From assembly GCA_964016885.1 (NCBI GenBank), contig OZ024743.1:27776001-27840000 (forward strand): DNA of 64,000 nt. The letters run 5' to 3'. The stretch is from Eledone cirrhosa. Its lineage: Eukaryota. A program made the position numbers and the translations under genes. Below are positions 42,573-55,149 of this stretch, one piece after another (the first letter of the stretch is position 1; each line of letters starts with the position of its first letter). Below the pieces are notes generated by a model. It was not told the DNA's origin, ran no database searches, and saw nothing but the letters and a program-made list of their open reading frames with translations.

Positions 42573-42940
42573 GAAAAATTGAACAGGGACAGAACAGAGA
42601 GGCAGTACAATAAATGTTTATTAAATTCACGCTCAGGAGAGTGGGGGTAGGTGGGGGACGACGTTTCGGGCATAAGCCCTTCTTCAGGTGAGAAGTGTGT
42701 GGGAACAGAGTTCAAAAGGTGTGTAGGGGAGTGGTGGAGAGACATATAGCGAAAGGAAACGGTGCGATTGAAAAATTAACAAATAAAGACAAAAAATATT
42801 CGAGTCATGCTCGCAAGCGCTCCATGGGCTAAAAAAAAAAAACAGAGCCATAAACATAGAAAATGAGAAGGCGGTCAAGAAGCCATTAACCACCTAAAAA
42901 ACAAGTCAAGCTAAACAGGTCAGACAAAATAAATGACATA

Positions 42941-42942
<2 letters not shown>
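42570..42942 (-). mobile_element. TA-flanked probable PLE 3' end with hammerhead-like core
   Basis: Minus strand 42657-42687: CTGAAGA-a-gggc-ttat-gccc-GAAAC-gtc-GTC, followed by AATAAA. Stem I is not evident. Confidence 0.65.
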
Positions 42943-42990
<48 letters not shown>

Positions 42991-44339
42991 ACCTGGACCC
43001 TTGGAATTGATGGTAAAATCCAGTACGGGGTTTCTGTGACACCTAAATCAATAATACTGTTTGCGTAAAACAATAAGCTTTTGGTATAATGATCGAACGA
43101 GGAATATCGCGTTATCAACAGGTATTTTGTTCTGCGCCAGTGTTGTGGATGACACAGTGTTTTGTAAAAGCACATGCGTAACTCACAGGGGAAAACTCCA
43201 GATTTTGGCAAATAAATTCAGTATATGTAACTCTATGCAAAAATTTGCATAAATAGCACAAATCGAATAAGCTCTCGACCGGGAAGTTTTAAAAATAAAC
43301 TTATGCAATTAATCTGTCAATAGAATTATTAACAGGTTAATTGTAAGACACGGGAGATTGACACAAATATAAATACAGCGAGAATCGCATCTCGGTGGTT
43401 AGAAAAAGCGAAACGTAACGCAAATTCCAAGTGATGCTGGTATGAGAGATTTTCAGTTTGTAATTGTTCATAGTAAATACTTACGAGATCAGTCTCAATT
43501 GAATAACAGTGCACGTGTTGATATTGCGGATTAATTAATCCAGTTATACTCTACTCCATTTTGTTATTATATAATATGAAATAAATGGTTTGTAATATTT
43601 AAAAAATTTAAATGTTTAGCATTGCTGAGAAACGAAATTGGGTACACCTTAGGTTTATCACTCAATGTCAGTTAAGAGTCAATGTGACTAGATCTTTGTC
43701 TTAAGGCTTTAACAGTAAACAAATATTTAGTTTCTGTCCTCGATGACAAGATAATACTTCGAAATCAATATACAAGACTATCTGTAGTAAAGGATTCCCT
43801 AGGGCAATTATAGAAAATAATTCTACGCTGGTGTACATAAATAATTTTCAGCTCAATAAATACTGGTGGAGTTATTTGTGAAAAAGTATTCAGATACAGA
43901 GGCCAGCTGCCCTACGGAGTTAGTGAGAAAGGGAAATTACGAGGAGTTGCTTAGAAGTTTATAGCGTCTCTACTCAAACTTTATATTCACATTTGTGTTC
44001 TAAGCTATATTAGTAGATGTGTAAATAACAATCGTGAAAATCTGAGGGATTTAGTCAAGGAAAACAACCAGTTAACATACACTTTGCAAATACGTTATGA
44101 AGACATTTATATAATTCAATATGTACCTTTTCTCCGATGCTGTTATCTAAATTCTGTTAGAGATTTTCTTTCTTTTTAGAAGCCAGGTTCTTTATAAGGA
44201 TAATTCAAATATTTATATATTTGTGCAGGCAGGTATATTATTGACTGTGTGGATTTTTGTATTTTGAGGTATATGTGTACATAGTAAGTGGATTTGAATA
44301 TTTTGATGTATATATATATATATTAATATATATATATAT

Positions 44340-44988
44340 AAATCAGGAAAGAAGAGTGACACGGTTTGCTATACAAAAAAGATTTTTAATCTCATTGCTG
44401 ACAATTGTTTCTCTGAACTGGTAGGTCTAGAGATCGCTACCCGCTTATTTTTACGTTATTCGATCACCAATACAAAGTTATAAACCAGTCAATTCATCGG
44501 AGCTTGTGAGAATGAAAAGAATATACAGGCATGGCTACTATATATAGTAGTAATGGCATTCAATCAGAACAATAACAACAATACTAACAATGCTAGCAAT
44601 AAATTATTTGAAATAATCACAACATCAATCTAGGTGGGAAGTATAGTATATCTACGACTTTAGCGTGTAAAAATAGCTGACATGAGGCAGATGTATAAAA
44701 TTGACATGTAAAAGCTGTCATGGGTGTGTTATATCTAGTGTAAAGATAAGCCGGTGTCTTTAAACGATGTAGGTATGGCGGCCGCAAGAATCGTTTATTA
44801 TCTGACAGATGAAGAATTTATCACTGTAGTGAGATTTGTGTGGTCTATATTAGATGAAAGGGTTGTCTAGCTTTCTCATCATCAATAACATACATGTATA
44901 CGACAACATTAACAGAGTAGCAATATTATGGGCAAGTTAATATAGAGTTTAAGGAGGCAATATATATATATATACATACATGCACACA

Positions 44989-45058
<70 letters not shown>

Positions 45059-45797
45059 CACATATATACATACATATAAAGAGAAAACATGCTGACTATA
45101 ATTATAACAGGAAGAAGGTAAAGTTCTGTTGTAGTAGTATTTTAAAATGTTCTTGGATTTAGGTTCAAGCGCTGACAGCAGCTGAGAAGAGATATGCTTA
45201 TGGGTTGATGAGGTACTTACAGACATTATTGTGGTATAGAACTAAGAAGGCTAGAATGTACTTAATGATTATATTTCTGTGATGGTTCGTGCAGTGTAGT
45301 GGGTATCCTAAGTTGAAAGCTAGGTTACGTCGGTTCGATTCACGGAGGTTAAAATCTTGTGAATTTAGTGGCGATCCTGTGTCTGCAGAAGATAGATCTT
45401 TCTAACTTGTTGTTAAGTAGCCTTTTTACATTTCTAAGGATATAGAGTAATTCTAGATCACATAGCCTACAGTGGGACATACCGGTACTGTAGGTCTTTG
45501 CGGCCGACAACCTCGACCAGTTGATACTGTAGTTGGTGTTGTTGTCCTTAAGTTCCCAGATTTTTTTGGCGAGGGTTGTAGAACCCATAAGTGCACGATT
45601 TTTCATCGAGTGTCTGTGCACATACCATCTTTTTTTAAAAGTATCGGCGGTGGATCCAATATAATGCCAAATGGAGTTGTCTGAAAACAAGCGGGTAGCG
45701 ATCTCTAGACCTACCAGTTCAGAGAAACAATTGTCAGCAATGAGATTAAAAACCTTTTTTGTATAGCAAACCGTGTCACTCTTCTTTCCTGATTTAT
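44340..45797 (-). mobile_element. PLE of a different clade: truncated GIY-YIG, long 3' UTR, inverted partial pseudo-LTR (family D)
   Basis: ORF 45349..45690 'YIGSTADTFKKRW...TTLAKKIWELKD...CRLC'. 44340-44446 is inverted at 45690-45797. Confidence 0.85.
44390..44511 (-). ncRNA. Hammerhead motif with extended stem II (family D)
   Basis: Minus strand: tctcacaagct-CCGATGA-attgactggt...accagttcaga-GAAAC-aatt-GTC-agcaatgaga. Stem I is gct/agc plus tctca/tgaga; stem III is palindromic; the core has a U-to-C variant. Confidence 0.68.
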
Positions 45798-45972
45798 CAT
45801 TACTCCATTACTCCAAGTGTTTACAACATAGGAATTACAGCGTACTCGCAGCATCACTATGGAAACGCCTTGTTGAGTCAAACTTAGCCAAGCGTTGATA
45901 TCATCCACTACCCGGAGTACCGTAACTGGACTACACTTAAGTGGACTACCTAAAACAATAATTTGTTACCCC

Positions 45973-46014
<42 letters not shown>

Positions 46015-46066
46015 GTGCACATATACCTCAAAATATACAAATCTACACAGTCAATAACATCCCTAC

Positions 46067-46163
<97 letters not shown>

Positions 46164-46297
46164 TACACGCAATCAAACAAATTAAGCCAGCCATACATAA
46201 CTATCTAGTTGAAGTCTAAATTCTCATGTGAGAGTCTTGTTTGTTTTAAAAACCGCCTCTCTATTTCTCGCTATTCGTGAGAAATCAATAATAATGA

Positions 46298-46652
46298 TAA
46301 TTGTTTCTACTTTAGGCACAAGGCCAGCAATTTGAAGGGGATGGGAAGGTCAATTAAATCGACCCCAGTACATTACTAGTGCTTTATTTTATCAACCCCT
46401 TAATGATGAAAGGCAAAGCTAACTTCGGTGGGATTTGAGCTCAGGACGCAAAGGCCGTAACTCTATGCTGCTAATAATAATAATTTTTGATATAGGCACA
46501 AGGCAAGCAATTTTAGTGGAGGGGAAAGTCGATTAAATCGACCTCAGTGCATTACTGGTGCTTTATTTTATCGACTCTGTAAGGATGAAAGGCAAAGTTA
46601 ACCTCGACGGGATTTGAACTCTGACTATAAAGAGCCGTAACTCTATGCTGCT
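46298..46652 (-). mobile_element. Two tandem 5'-truncated Nin-domain SINEs
   Basis: Two copies ending at the same point (ccgtaactctatgctgctaataataa). Confidence 0.85.
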
Positions 46653-47475
46653 AATAATAATAATAATAATAATAGAAGAACCCACACACCACGTATATTA
46701 TAAAATACATATGATGGGTAGACCTGATGATCAAAAGTGATTTAGTGGGGATAAACATCCCTCATATGAAAGACTACTGGTGAAATAATTCTGAGAAAAT
46801 CCTGGTTATATGGACATTATACACCATGATCTAGGTTTGAGAAAAGAAAGTGTGTAAAGCATTGAAAATCAATCGCCCAATATACGTTAAAATAACATAA
46901 CAGAAAATAATCATGCCAAACTAAAGAGAAATCTACCGATACTCCACCCGTGTAATTATACACTATACATGTAATTATTGGAGCTCATGACTACGTAATT
47001 AACAGTCATAGCACTAGAACCAAGGTTTCACAAAAGCAGAACAGGCATAGCGAATAAAAAGAAATATTTACAAATATGTAAAATATTTTAGAAGTGCAGC
47101 TTATTATATTGTATAGGGCGTAGACATGGCTCAGATTGAGAGTTAAGTCCGACTACATGGCACATGACGTCATTGTATTCTTATGTAGCCTCGGTTTGAA
47201 CAATGCCTGATGATTGAAATGACAAATAAAGTATTACAGTCAATGCAAGGAAAACAAGCCAGTCATATGTATGTGAGTTATTTATTTGTTTGTATGTGTG
47301 TTTGTCTTTTGTGTGTGTTTGTCTGTGTGTGTGTGTTTGTGTATGTGTGTTTTGTGTGTGTGTGTGTGTTTTGTGTGAGTATTTTGTGTGTGTTTGTTTG
47401 TGTGTGTGTGTATGCGTGTGTGTGTGGGGGGGGGGGTGCGTTTTATGTGTGTGTGTGAGTGTGCTTGTGTGGGTG

Positions 47476-47539
<64 letters not shown>

Positions 47540-47605
47540 TCCATGTTCCATAACCTAACTGTTCAACAAAAAATATATAAATTGTGCCGGACGTAGAAAT
47601 CAAAC

Positions 47606-48173
47606 AAATAATTGTTTCTACTTTTGTCACAAGGCCAGCAATTACTCCAGTGCATTACTGGTACTTTACGACCCGTAATGATGAAAGGCAAAGCTAATCT
47701 CGGCAGGATTTGAACTCAGACAGTAAAGGGGCGTAACTCTATGCTACAAAGCATGACGTCCGACCCTCTAGTGGTACTGCCAATCCACACTTATAAATAA
47801 TTGTTTTTACTTTTGGCACAAGGCCAGCAATTGTCTCAATGCATTACTGGTACTTTATTTTATCGACCCCGTAAGGATGAAAGGCAAAGTCAACTTCGGC
47901 AGGATTTGAACTCAGACCGTAAAGGGGCGTAACTCTATGCTACAAAACATGGTGTCCCATCCTCTACAAATACTACCAATCCATAAATAAATGTTTCTAC
48001 TTTTGGCACAAGGCCAGCAATTTTCCCAGTGTATTACTAGTACTTTATTTTATCGACCCCATAAGGATGAAAGGCAAAACTAACCTCGGCGGGATTTGAA
48101 CTCAGAATGGCAAGGACCGTAACTCTATGCGTCAAAGCATAGCGTCCGACCCTCTACCGATACTGCCAATCCG
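47606..48173 (-). mobile_element. Three head-to-tail Nin-domain SINEs
   Basis: Unit cacaaggccagcaatt...gatgaaaggcaaa...ggatttgaactcaga...tactgccaatcc occurs three times. Confidence 0.9.
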
Positions 48174-48451
48174 GGGGGTCAATAGTAACGACTAAATCCC
48201 TTTAATGCTGTCCCCGAGCATGGCTGCAGTTTAATGACTGAAACCAAGAATAAAGTCACAAATTGATGGAATCGTGAGGGCGTCGGCTTAAAAATTCCTC
48301 GGTTTTGTTACTCACTCACTGTACTCTCAGTTCACATCCCAGCGGAGCCAAACTTACCATACATCCTTTCCAGGTTGTTGACTAAAATACCACTCATGTA
48401 CTGGTTTTGATTATCTCTGGCTCTCTTACTTTTACTCTCTCTCACTCATTC

Positions 48452-48528
48452 AAGAAGAAGAAGAAGAAGAAGAAGAAGAAGAAGAAGAAGAAGAAGAAGA
48501 AGAAGAAGAAGAAGAAGAAGAAGAAGAA

Positions 48529-48560
<32 letters not shown>

Positions 48561-48651
48561 CGAAGAAGAAGAAGAAGAAGAAGAAGAAGAAGAAGAAGAA
48601 GAAGAAGAAGAAGAAGAAGAAGAAGAAGAAGAAGAAGAAGAAGAAGAAGAA

Positions 48652-48690
<39 letters not shown>
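48452..48690. repeat. Compound (AAG)n-(GAC)n-(AAG)n-(GAT)n microsatellite
   Basis: Directly visible. Confidence 0.97.
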
Positions 48691-49213
48691 CAGCTTTGCG
48701 GATGATCTACGCCGGATCTTAAATGCTGAAAATACGCTGTATTTGAAGAGGAAGTTTGTAAGATTTCATAAACAGATAGTAACACTTTGATATTTATTAT
48801 TTACACACGGTAAACACGGAAATATGGGCACTGGTTTCCGTATCTGACAAAGCCACAAAAGACTTAAACTTAGTTATTAATGAAACTACCAAGTTTTTCT
48901 ACTGAGTTCTGACGCAAAATGGCTACAATATAGCTTTCAATATAGCTGCTCCAATAATATTTAATCCTTTCACCCATACGAGATATAACTTGTATATATG
49001 ACATATATATGATATACTGATGGCTATTCAAGACAACGTATGCGATATACAATATTTTTTCATTAAACAGTTGATATATTAGTTTGTTTTATCTATCAAT
49101 AGGGTAAGATTTACAGATGATACATGTAATGGATATAGCCCATTTATTTCACGACATTGATAAGGAGAGTAGTTTTTCTTCAGACTCTGTCCAAAACAGT
49201 ATGATATTAGATA

Positions 49214-49274
<61 letters not shown>

Positions 49275-49397
49275 GGTAAATATTGATGCAATTCAATTCA
49301 AGCACTCAACGTACTTTTTCCACATAGGAGTGACGGAGTAAATATCGAATAAGGAAAAGCGAAGTAGTTTCAGATGTTCAAGTCCTTTAATAATAAT

Positions 49398-49471
49398 GCT
49401 GTGATATATATTTCAATGGCGACACTGGCCACACTGTTCTGTGTGCGAGTGTCGTGACATCATCAGACAGC
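49398..49471 (-). ncRNA. Hammerhead ribozyme motif (family F, opposite polarity)
   Basis: Reverse complement of 50673-50746. Confidence 0.88.
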
Positions 49472-50212
49472 TTGTTACATAATAAGGTTATGTTTCCGAG
49501 GCAATCCAAATTGAATCGACATGGGAACGGATGAAATGCGTGCTTTTGGGTTTATCACCCGCTCCCCTGTGAGTACCAATTCACCCCCACCGGTCTGCGC
49601 GTGCGCATGTCCGAAGGAAGTTGACTATTGGCTACCGCAGATTTTAACGAAATTCGCTTAGTCATTTCAGCCTCTCAGTGACACAATGGCCCGTACCATA
49701 GTTTACTGCTACCTATCTCGACTGTGGTAGTCAGTCGAAAGCCAGAGGGGGTTGGAGAGTGTTAGTTTTTACAGGTCATAATACTACCTCTCACCTAGCG
49801 TGGACAGTACGACTGACCTTCAACTCAAAGGGAAAATAAACTTAATTCAAAGTATCATGATTTTTCATTGTAAGTTAAGAGTGAGAGTTGGAAATAAAAA
49901 TTAAAGTCCTAAATCAAGTATCAGAAATTATAAATTAAACAATTAAAAAATTAACAATTAGTAATTAAAAGTTAGAAATTTGTTTTCCTCCAGTGAGAAT
50001 TCGGATTGAGGTGAGTAAAAAAATATAGATTGAAGTGAGTAAATAATATGGAGAGAGATGTTTAAGTAAGAAGTTCTGAGAGGGGTTCTAGTGTCACAGT
50101 TACTCTATCCACATATTGAACGACAGTGCCGTACATTAGAACGGAGGGTAAGCTACAGCTTTCAATGCATTAGTCAATCTGGTACAGTCATAATTTCCAT
50201 CACATGGAACAA

Positions 50213-50353
50213 TACCAAAGAAAAACAGACATAGAAGAAAAAATGCAAAAACACAGAGTACCAAAGAAAAACAGACATAGAAGAAAAAATGCAAAAACAC
50301 AGAGTACCAAAGAAAAACAGACATAGAAGAAAAAATGCAAAAACACAGAGTAC
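50213..50353. repeat. 46-bp tandem repeat x3
   Basis: taccaaagaaaaacagacatagaagaaaaaatgcaaaaacacagag repeated three times. Confidence 0.9.
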
Positions 50354-50672
50354 ATATATGCAAAATGATCCATATGATGGTCAATCTGTCCATGTATAGA
50401 TTGAATTGAGGGGGCTTCTGTTCATATGCGATTTGGTGCAGGGAAATAGGGGTTTATCTTATTTTTTGATTGTTTCCGTGTATTTATCCGGCCGAAAGTT
50501 ACTATTAGGTCCGTCCAGTTTCAGGGGTTTCCATCCCCATGGTAGAGGGAATTTCCGGGGCAGCCCATGGTTGGTTCCTCTCTTCTCCACACTATCGGTT
50601 ACATCGTAAAGCGCTCAACTAATTGGAGCTAAATAATTTAGCTCCAATTAGTTGAGCGCTTTTTGATGTAAA

Positions 50673-50746
50673 GCTGTCTGATGATGTCACGACACTCGCA
50701 CACAGAACAGTGTGGCCAGTGTCGCCATTGAAATATATATCACAGC
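50673..50746 (+). ncRNA. Type I hammerhead ribozyme motif (family F)
   Basis: gctgt CTGATGA tgtca-cgacact-cg-cacac-agaaca-gtgtg-gcc-agtgtcg-ccatt GAAA tatata TC acagc. Confidence 0.88.
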
Positions 50747-50793
50747 ATTATTATTAAAGGACTTGAACATCTGAAACTACTTCGCTTTTCCTT

Positions 50794-50828
<35 letters not shown>

Positions 50829-50830
<2 letters not shown>

Positions 50831-51011
50831 CGAAGGAAATGTGGTAAGGAACCAGATGGACCATAACGCACCAAAGTACTCAATACTTAGGGTAGTAGAG
50901 TGGTTAATAGGAACGAGTAGGACCCCGACGGCTGAGGTCAAGCCGTTTCGACGGCTAATTCTGGACTGAATTAGCCGTCGAAACGGCTTGAGCTCAGGTC
51001 CTACTCGTTCC

Positions 51012-51012
<1 letters not shown>
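50829..51012. mobile_element. Family A fold-back element
   Basis: Terminal motif followed by a hairpin centred near 50964 (cggctaattc tggact gaattagccg). (TA)n on both sides. Confidence 0.82.
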
Positions 51013-51070
<58 letters not shown>

Positions 51071-51101
51071 GTATATATATATATATGTATGTATATATAT
51101 A

Positions 51102-51206
51102 TAAAAGGTGTCCTCGAAAAATGTATACATAATTTGACTACCTGTACACGCAATATTTATTGTGATGTTGTTGAGGTATGTATGCATTTTGGGGGGACAC
51201 CCTGTA
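51102..51206. mobile_element. Tc1/mariner-type MITE (~105 bp)
   Basis: Left end taaaaggtgtcctcgaaaaatgtatacata; reverse complement of right end tacagggtgtccccccaaaatgcatacata. TA flanks. Confidence 0.7.
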
Positions 51207-51271
51207 TATATATACATATATATATATATATACAAGCAACATTACTAAATTTGCTTCTACGTACATATATA

Positions 51272-51490
51272 TAACGAAGGAAGTGTGGTAAGGAACCAGG
51301 TGGACCATAACGCACCAGAGTACTCAATACTTAGGGTAGTAGAGTGGGTAATAGGAAAATGTTCAAGATCCCCGACGACAGAGCTCACGCCGTTTCGACA
51401 GCTATTTCTGTACTAACAGAAATAGCCGTCGAAACGGGTTTAATTGGGCGTAACCACATTAAGTAAGGTACTCAATACATAGCAGAGTAA
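51272..51490. mobile_element. Family A fold-back element fused to a family E terminus
   Basis: Family A motif 51272-51437 with a hairpin near 51412, then taagtaaggtactcaatacatagcagagta, which also occurs at 60028-60057. Confidence 0.75.
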
Positions 51491-51533
51491 TATATATATA
51501 TACACGTATATATATATATATATATATATACAC

Positions 51534-51627
<94 letters not shown>

Positions 51628-52434
51628 GTACATATATCTATATATTAATTTCAACAATGTCAGTATTCCGTGTGTCATAATTCTCGATTATCATTGGTTC
51701 ATAGGTTTCAAACGACTCCGCCCACTTCAATGACGCCAAACTTAAATTAATATGCATAATACCAATGAGGGAGTGAGAGGAGAGACTAAGAAGCAGAGAG
51801 GCAAAGTGAACGCTGTGTTGGATACACTATGTATGTGTCAGTGTAGAGACATGTGTGTGTGTCTGTGTGATGTGTGTGGAAATAAGAGGCGAAGTAAAGC
51901 AATAACTATTGACATGTGTGCGTGAGTTTGTACGTGCGCGTATGTTTATGTGTGTGTGCGTGCGTGCAGCGTTCAACAGAAAGTAAAAACTAACAACATG
52001 TGTGAGTGTATGCGCGTGTGTAAGTGCACGGGTACGTGTGTAAGTTTGCGTGCGTCGCTTCTGATTGCGTGGTAATAAAACCTCATCATATGCTGAGTCT
52101 GGCAAAAAGGTTGGATCCTATAGCCGGCCAGGGCTAGGGTAATATTGAAAAACGATTATATTTTCGAAGTAGAAGGATCCGCCATTTGGAGTTCAAACCA
52201 GGCCACCTCCCCGAGTTGAACTCTGGGCAACATTGACTGTCTATTACTCAGTGGCTAAGAGCCTGGAAATTACTGAATAAATTTTTGTGTCATATAATTT
52301 GTTGTTTTATTATTATAGCTGACCACTTATAGATAAGCAAGTTATCCATATCCATATTAATTTGGCATTTGTATAAACCATTTCAAGTAAATAGGGACCT
52401 TTTTTTACATTGACGGATATCTTTTATATTAATA

Positions 52435-52696
52435 TTGTTATGCTTTGGGAGGGTCATGTTGCCAATAAGAAACACATGCACTAGTTGATTTCACTCCAAT
52501 ATATTATAAATTAAATTTATAAATTTAAGAATTTATAAATTTCCGGTTGGTTGGATGGTTCCACAACCGGACGGTTGTTCATATATTGTCAAAGTTCTTT
52601 CGCCACACATTCTGTGACCCTCCAAAAGCATAACAAGATCGGTTTCAACACACGTTTTCGGATAAAGAATCTTGCTAAACAAATTCAGAAACGAAA
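52435..52696. mobile_element. Diverged family B terminus with inversion
   Basis: 52435-52619 matches 2383-2575 and stops in hammerhead stem II. It then switches at the microhomology tgacc to the inverted extreme end (52615-52696). Confidence 0.8.
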
Positions 52697-52716
52697 TTTT
52701 ATATTAATTAACTATA

Positions 52717-53056
52717 TCTATATCTACATATAATATAAAAGATTGGAACTTCCATCATCCTTTTGAGAAAAGTGGAACAACCACGTCTATGCAATGATAC
52801 ACGTTTTACAGTCAGGCAGAAGAAGGACCATCTCCCAGAGTGCACTATTCTAGGTGGGAACACCTAGAATTGTTCATATACTATGCACAAACGGTACAAC
52901 GAAGAATCTGGTATATCTGGAAGATTTTTTTTACTGTTTTTTGTATCACACAGACACCATGGACTCGCCTCATACTGTAACCAGACAAAATCCAATCTCT
53001 TTTACCTGTCTTCTCTTATCATCTGTTTACCCGGGCGAAGCCGGGTACGTCAGCTA

Positions 53057-53057
<1 letters not shown>
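52717..53057 (+). mobile_element. Non-autonomous Helitron
   Basis: 5' a|TCTATATCTACATATAATATAAAA; 3' hairpin cccgg-gcgaag-ccggg (53030-53045) followed by CTAG|t. Confidence 0.8.
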
Positions 53058-53141
<84 letters not shown>

Positions 53142-53158
53142 TATATATATATATACAC

Positions 53159-53214
<56 letters not shown>

Positions 53215-53217
<3 letters not shown>

Positions 53218-53445
53218 ATAAAAATACTTGAGTGCATTAGAGTCAAACACACTCGTCGTATTAGAGAAATGACAGTATAAGAGATAGCTCAATGTTATCA
53301 AACAGAGCCGAAAAGTTATATAAATTAACAAAGAAGCCTTTAATACATTAAAAATCTTTATTTGCTGACAATGTTTCGTCCCAGAAACATTGTCAGCAAA
53401 TAAAGATTTTTAATGTATTAAAGGCTTCTTTGTTAATTTATATAA
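53215..53445. mobile_element. Fold-back element with perfect 62-bp arms and hammerhead 3' half (family G)
   Basis: 53316-53377 pairs with 53384-53445 (loop gtccca). Each arm starts GAAAC-att-GTC-agca. (TA)n flanks. Confidence 0.8.
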
Positions 53446-53776
53446 TATATATATATATATATATATACAAGTATATATATGTATATATGTGTGTCTGTGT
53501 AAGTACTTGTGGACGGTATCTATATATGTTTATATGTAGCTTGATACGAATGATTACCGGACGTAATATAGCCTGTTTTGAAAATATATTGAGATTAAAA
53601 AATTATTATAGATAACTTATAGATAATTAAAACTAAATCTTTCACAAAATTGGTAAAAATCAATTAACTATTCAAGTTGATGTGCAGCGATTATGTCAGC
53701 TAACATATGCACACTGGTAAACGGAGAAAGTTAATCAATAAATAACTTTGTGTATATATATATATATGCACATATA

Positions 53777-53911
<135 letters not shown>

Positions 53912-54487
53912 GGGGAGATAAAGAGATTTTGAAAGAGAGAAAAAGAGAGAGAAATTTAATTTAATTTGATAGCATCGGTTTCGTTTAGCTTCATTACTCT
54001 TTCCTTGGAAAATGGTAAACACAATTCATCATTGCTGGAAGCAGGTACACAATTCATATATCTCAAATAACACTGCTTCATTAAATAGTCTTATCTCAAT
54101 TATACTTATTTCATCTGATATTTTTATTTCTATTGCCCTGCTTATTTTTTTTTTATTTTTTCGTTTATAAGTATATTTCTTCCATCGTTAGTTCTTACCT
54201 ACAATTCAATTTAGTTCTTCTGTCTTATGTATTTATTGTTTGAATTTATGTTCTTTTTGTATTTTGTGTTGATTTACGTTCTTCGTTTTATGTTTAGTAA
54301 CATATTTTGTTAGAATTTGTTTCTAAACTGATTCTTCTTATATTTGTTATTGTTACTTTTCATCTTCCTAAAACTATTGTTTAGTAAAATCATGCTCATC
54401 AACTTGTCTGTGTCTGCCAAAAAATTGCGTTTCATTAAACAGCGTTGGGATTTGGCCGCAATCACGGTGGTATTTTACATCTGATTT

Positions 54488-54541
<54 letters not shown>

Positions 54542-54556
54542 TATATAGTATATATA

Positions 54557-54600
<44 letters not shown>

Positions 54601-54644
54601 TATATAGCAACAACATTGATTTTGTTCACTACAATCTAAAACAG

Positions 54645-54877
54645 TGTACTAAACAACATAAAATACACTAAACTAGTTTACATTCTAATATACTTCACTA
54701 CAGTATGTTATAATACACTGTTTTATGTTATACTAGAATACTCAGTATTTTACTAAGCTATAATACACTGTACTATACTACAATTCCGTGTATTACAGCA
54801 TCGTAAAATACTGAGTATTGTAGTAAAGCGCAGTCTATTAGAATGGAAACTAATTTATGTTATGTTGTTTAGTACAT
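54645..54877. mobile_element. Imperfect ~230-bp palindrome (MITE-like)
   Basis: tgtactaaacaacataa / ttatgttgtttagtaca and aatactcagtattttac / gtaaaatactgagtatt. Confidence 0.65.
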
Positions 54878-55045
54878 GGTGGTGGATTTGCAATATCGGT
54901 AGAGCGTCGGACACTTTGCTTTGTGGCATAGATTTATGGCCCTTTATGTTCTGAGTTCAAATCCCGACGAAGTTAGCTTTGCCTTTCATCCTTACGGGGT
55001 CGATAGAATAAAGCACCAGCAATGCACTGGGGTCGATGTAATCGA
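54878..55045 (+). mobile_element. Nin-domain SINE
   Basis: gagttcaaatccc...gcctttcatccttacggggtcgatag. Confidence 0.85.
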
Positions 55046-55149
55046 TTCCCCTCCTTATAGTTCACTGTCTTTGTGACCAAGCTAAACACATGATTTTAAT
55101 ATCTTTGAACACAAATTTTGCTGATGAATAATACAGTAAAAATGTGCAA

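Larger units (their letters stand above)
49272..50797. mobile_element. 1.5-kb non-coding element with inverted hammerhead-bearing ends (family F)
   Basis: 49347-49473 is inverted at 50671-50797. Internal hairpin about 50608-50662 and a 46-bp tandem repeat. (TA)n on both sides; no recognisable ORF. Confidence 0.85.

Noticed and set aside
47606-48173. CRISPR-like or regularly spaced repeats
   Set aside because: Eukaryotic context; the units are whole SINE copies with no unique spacers and no cas genes.
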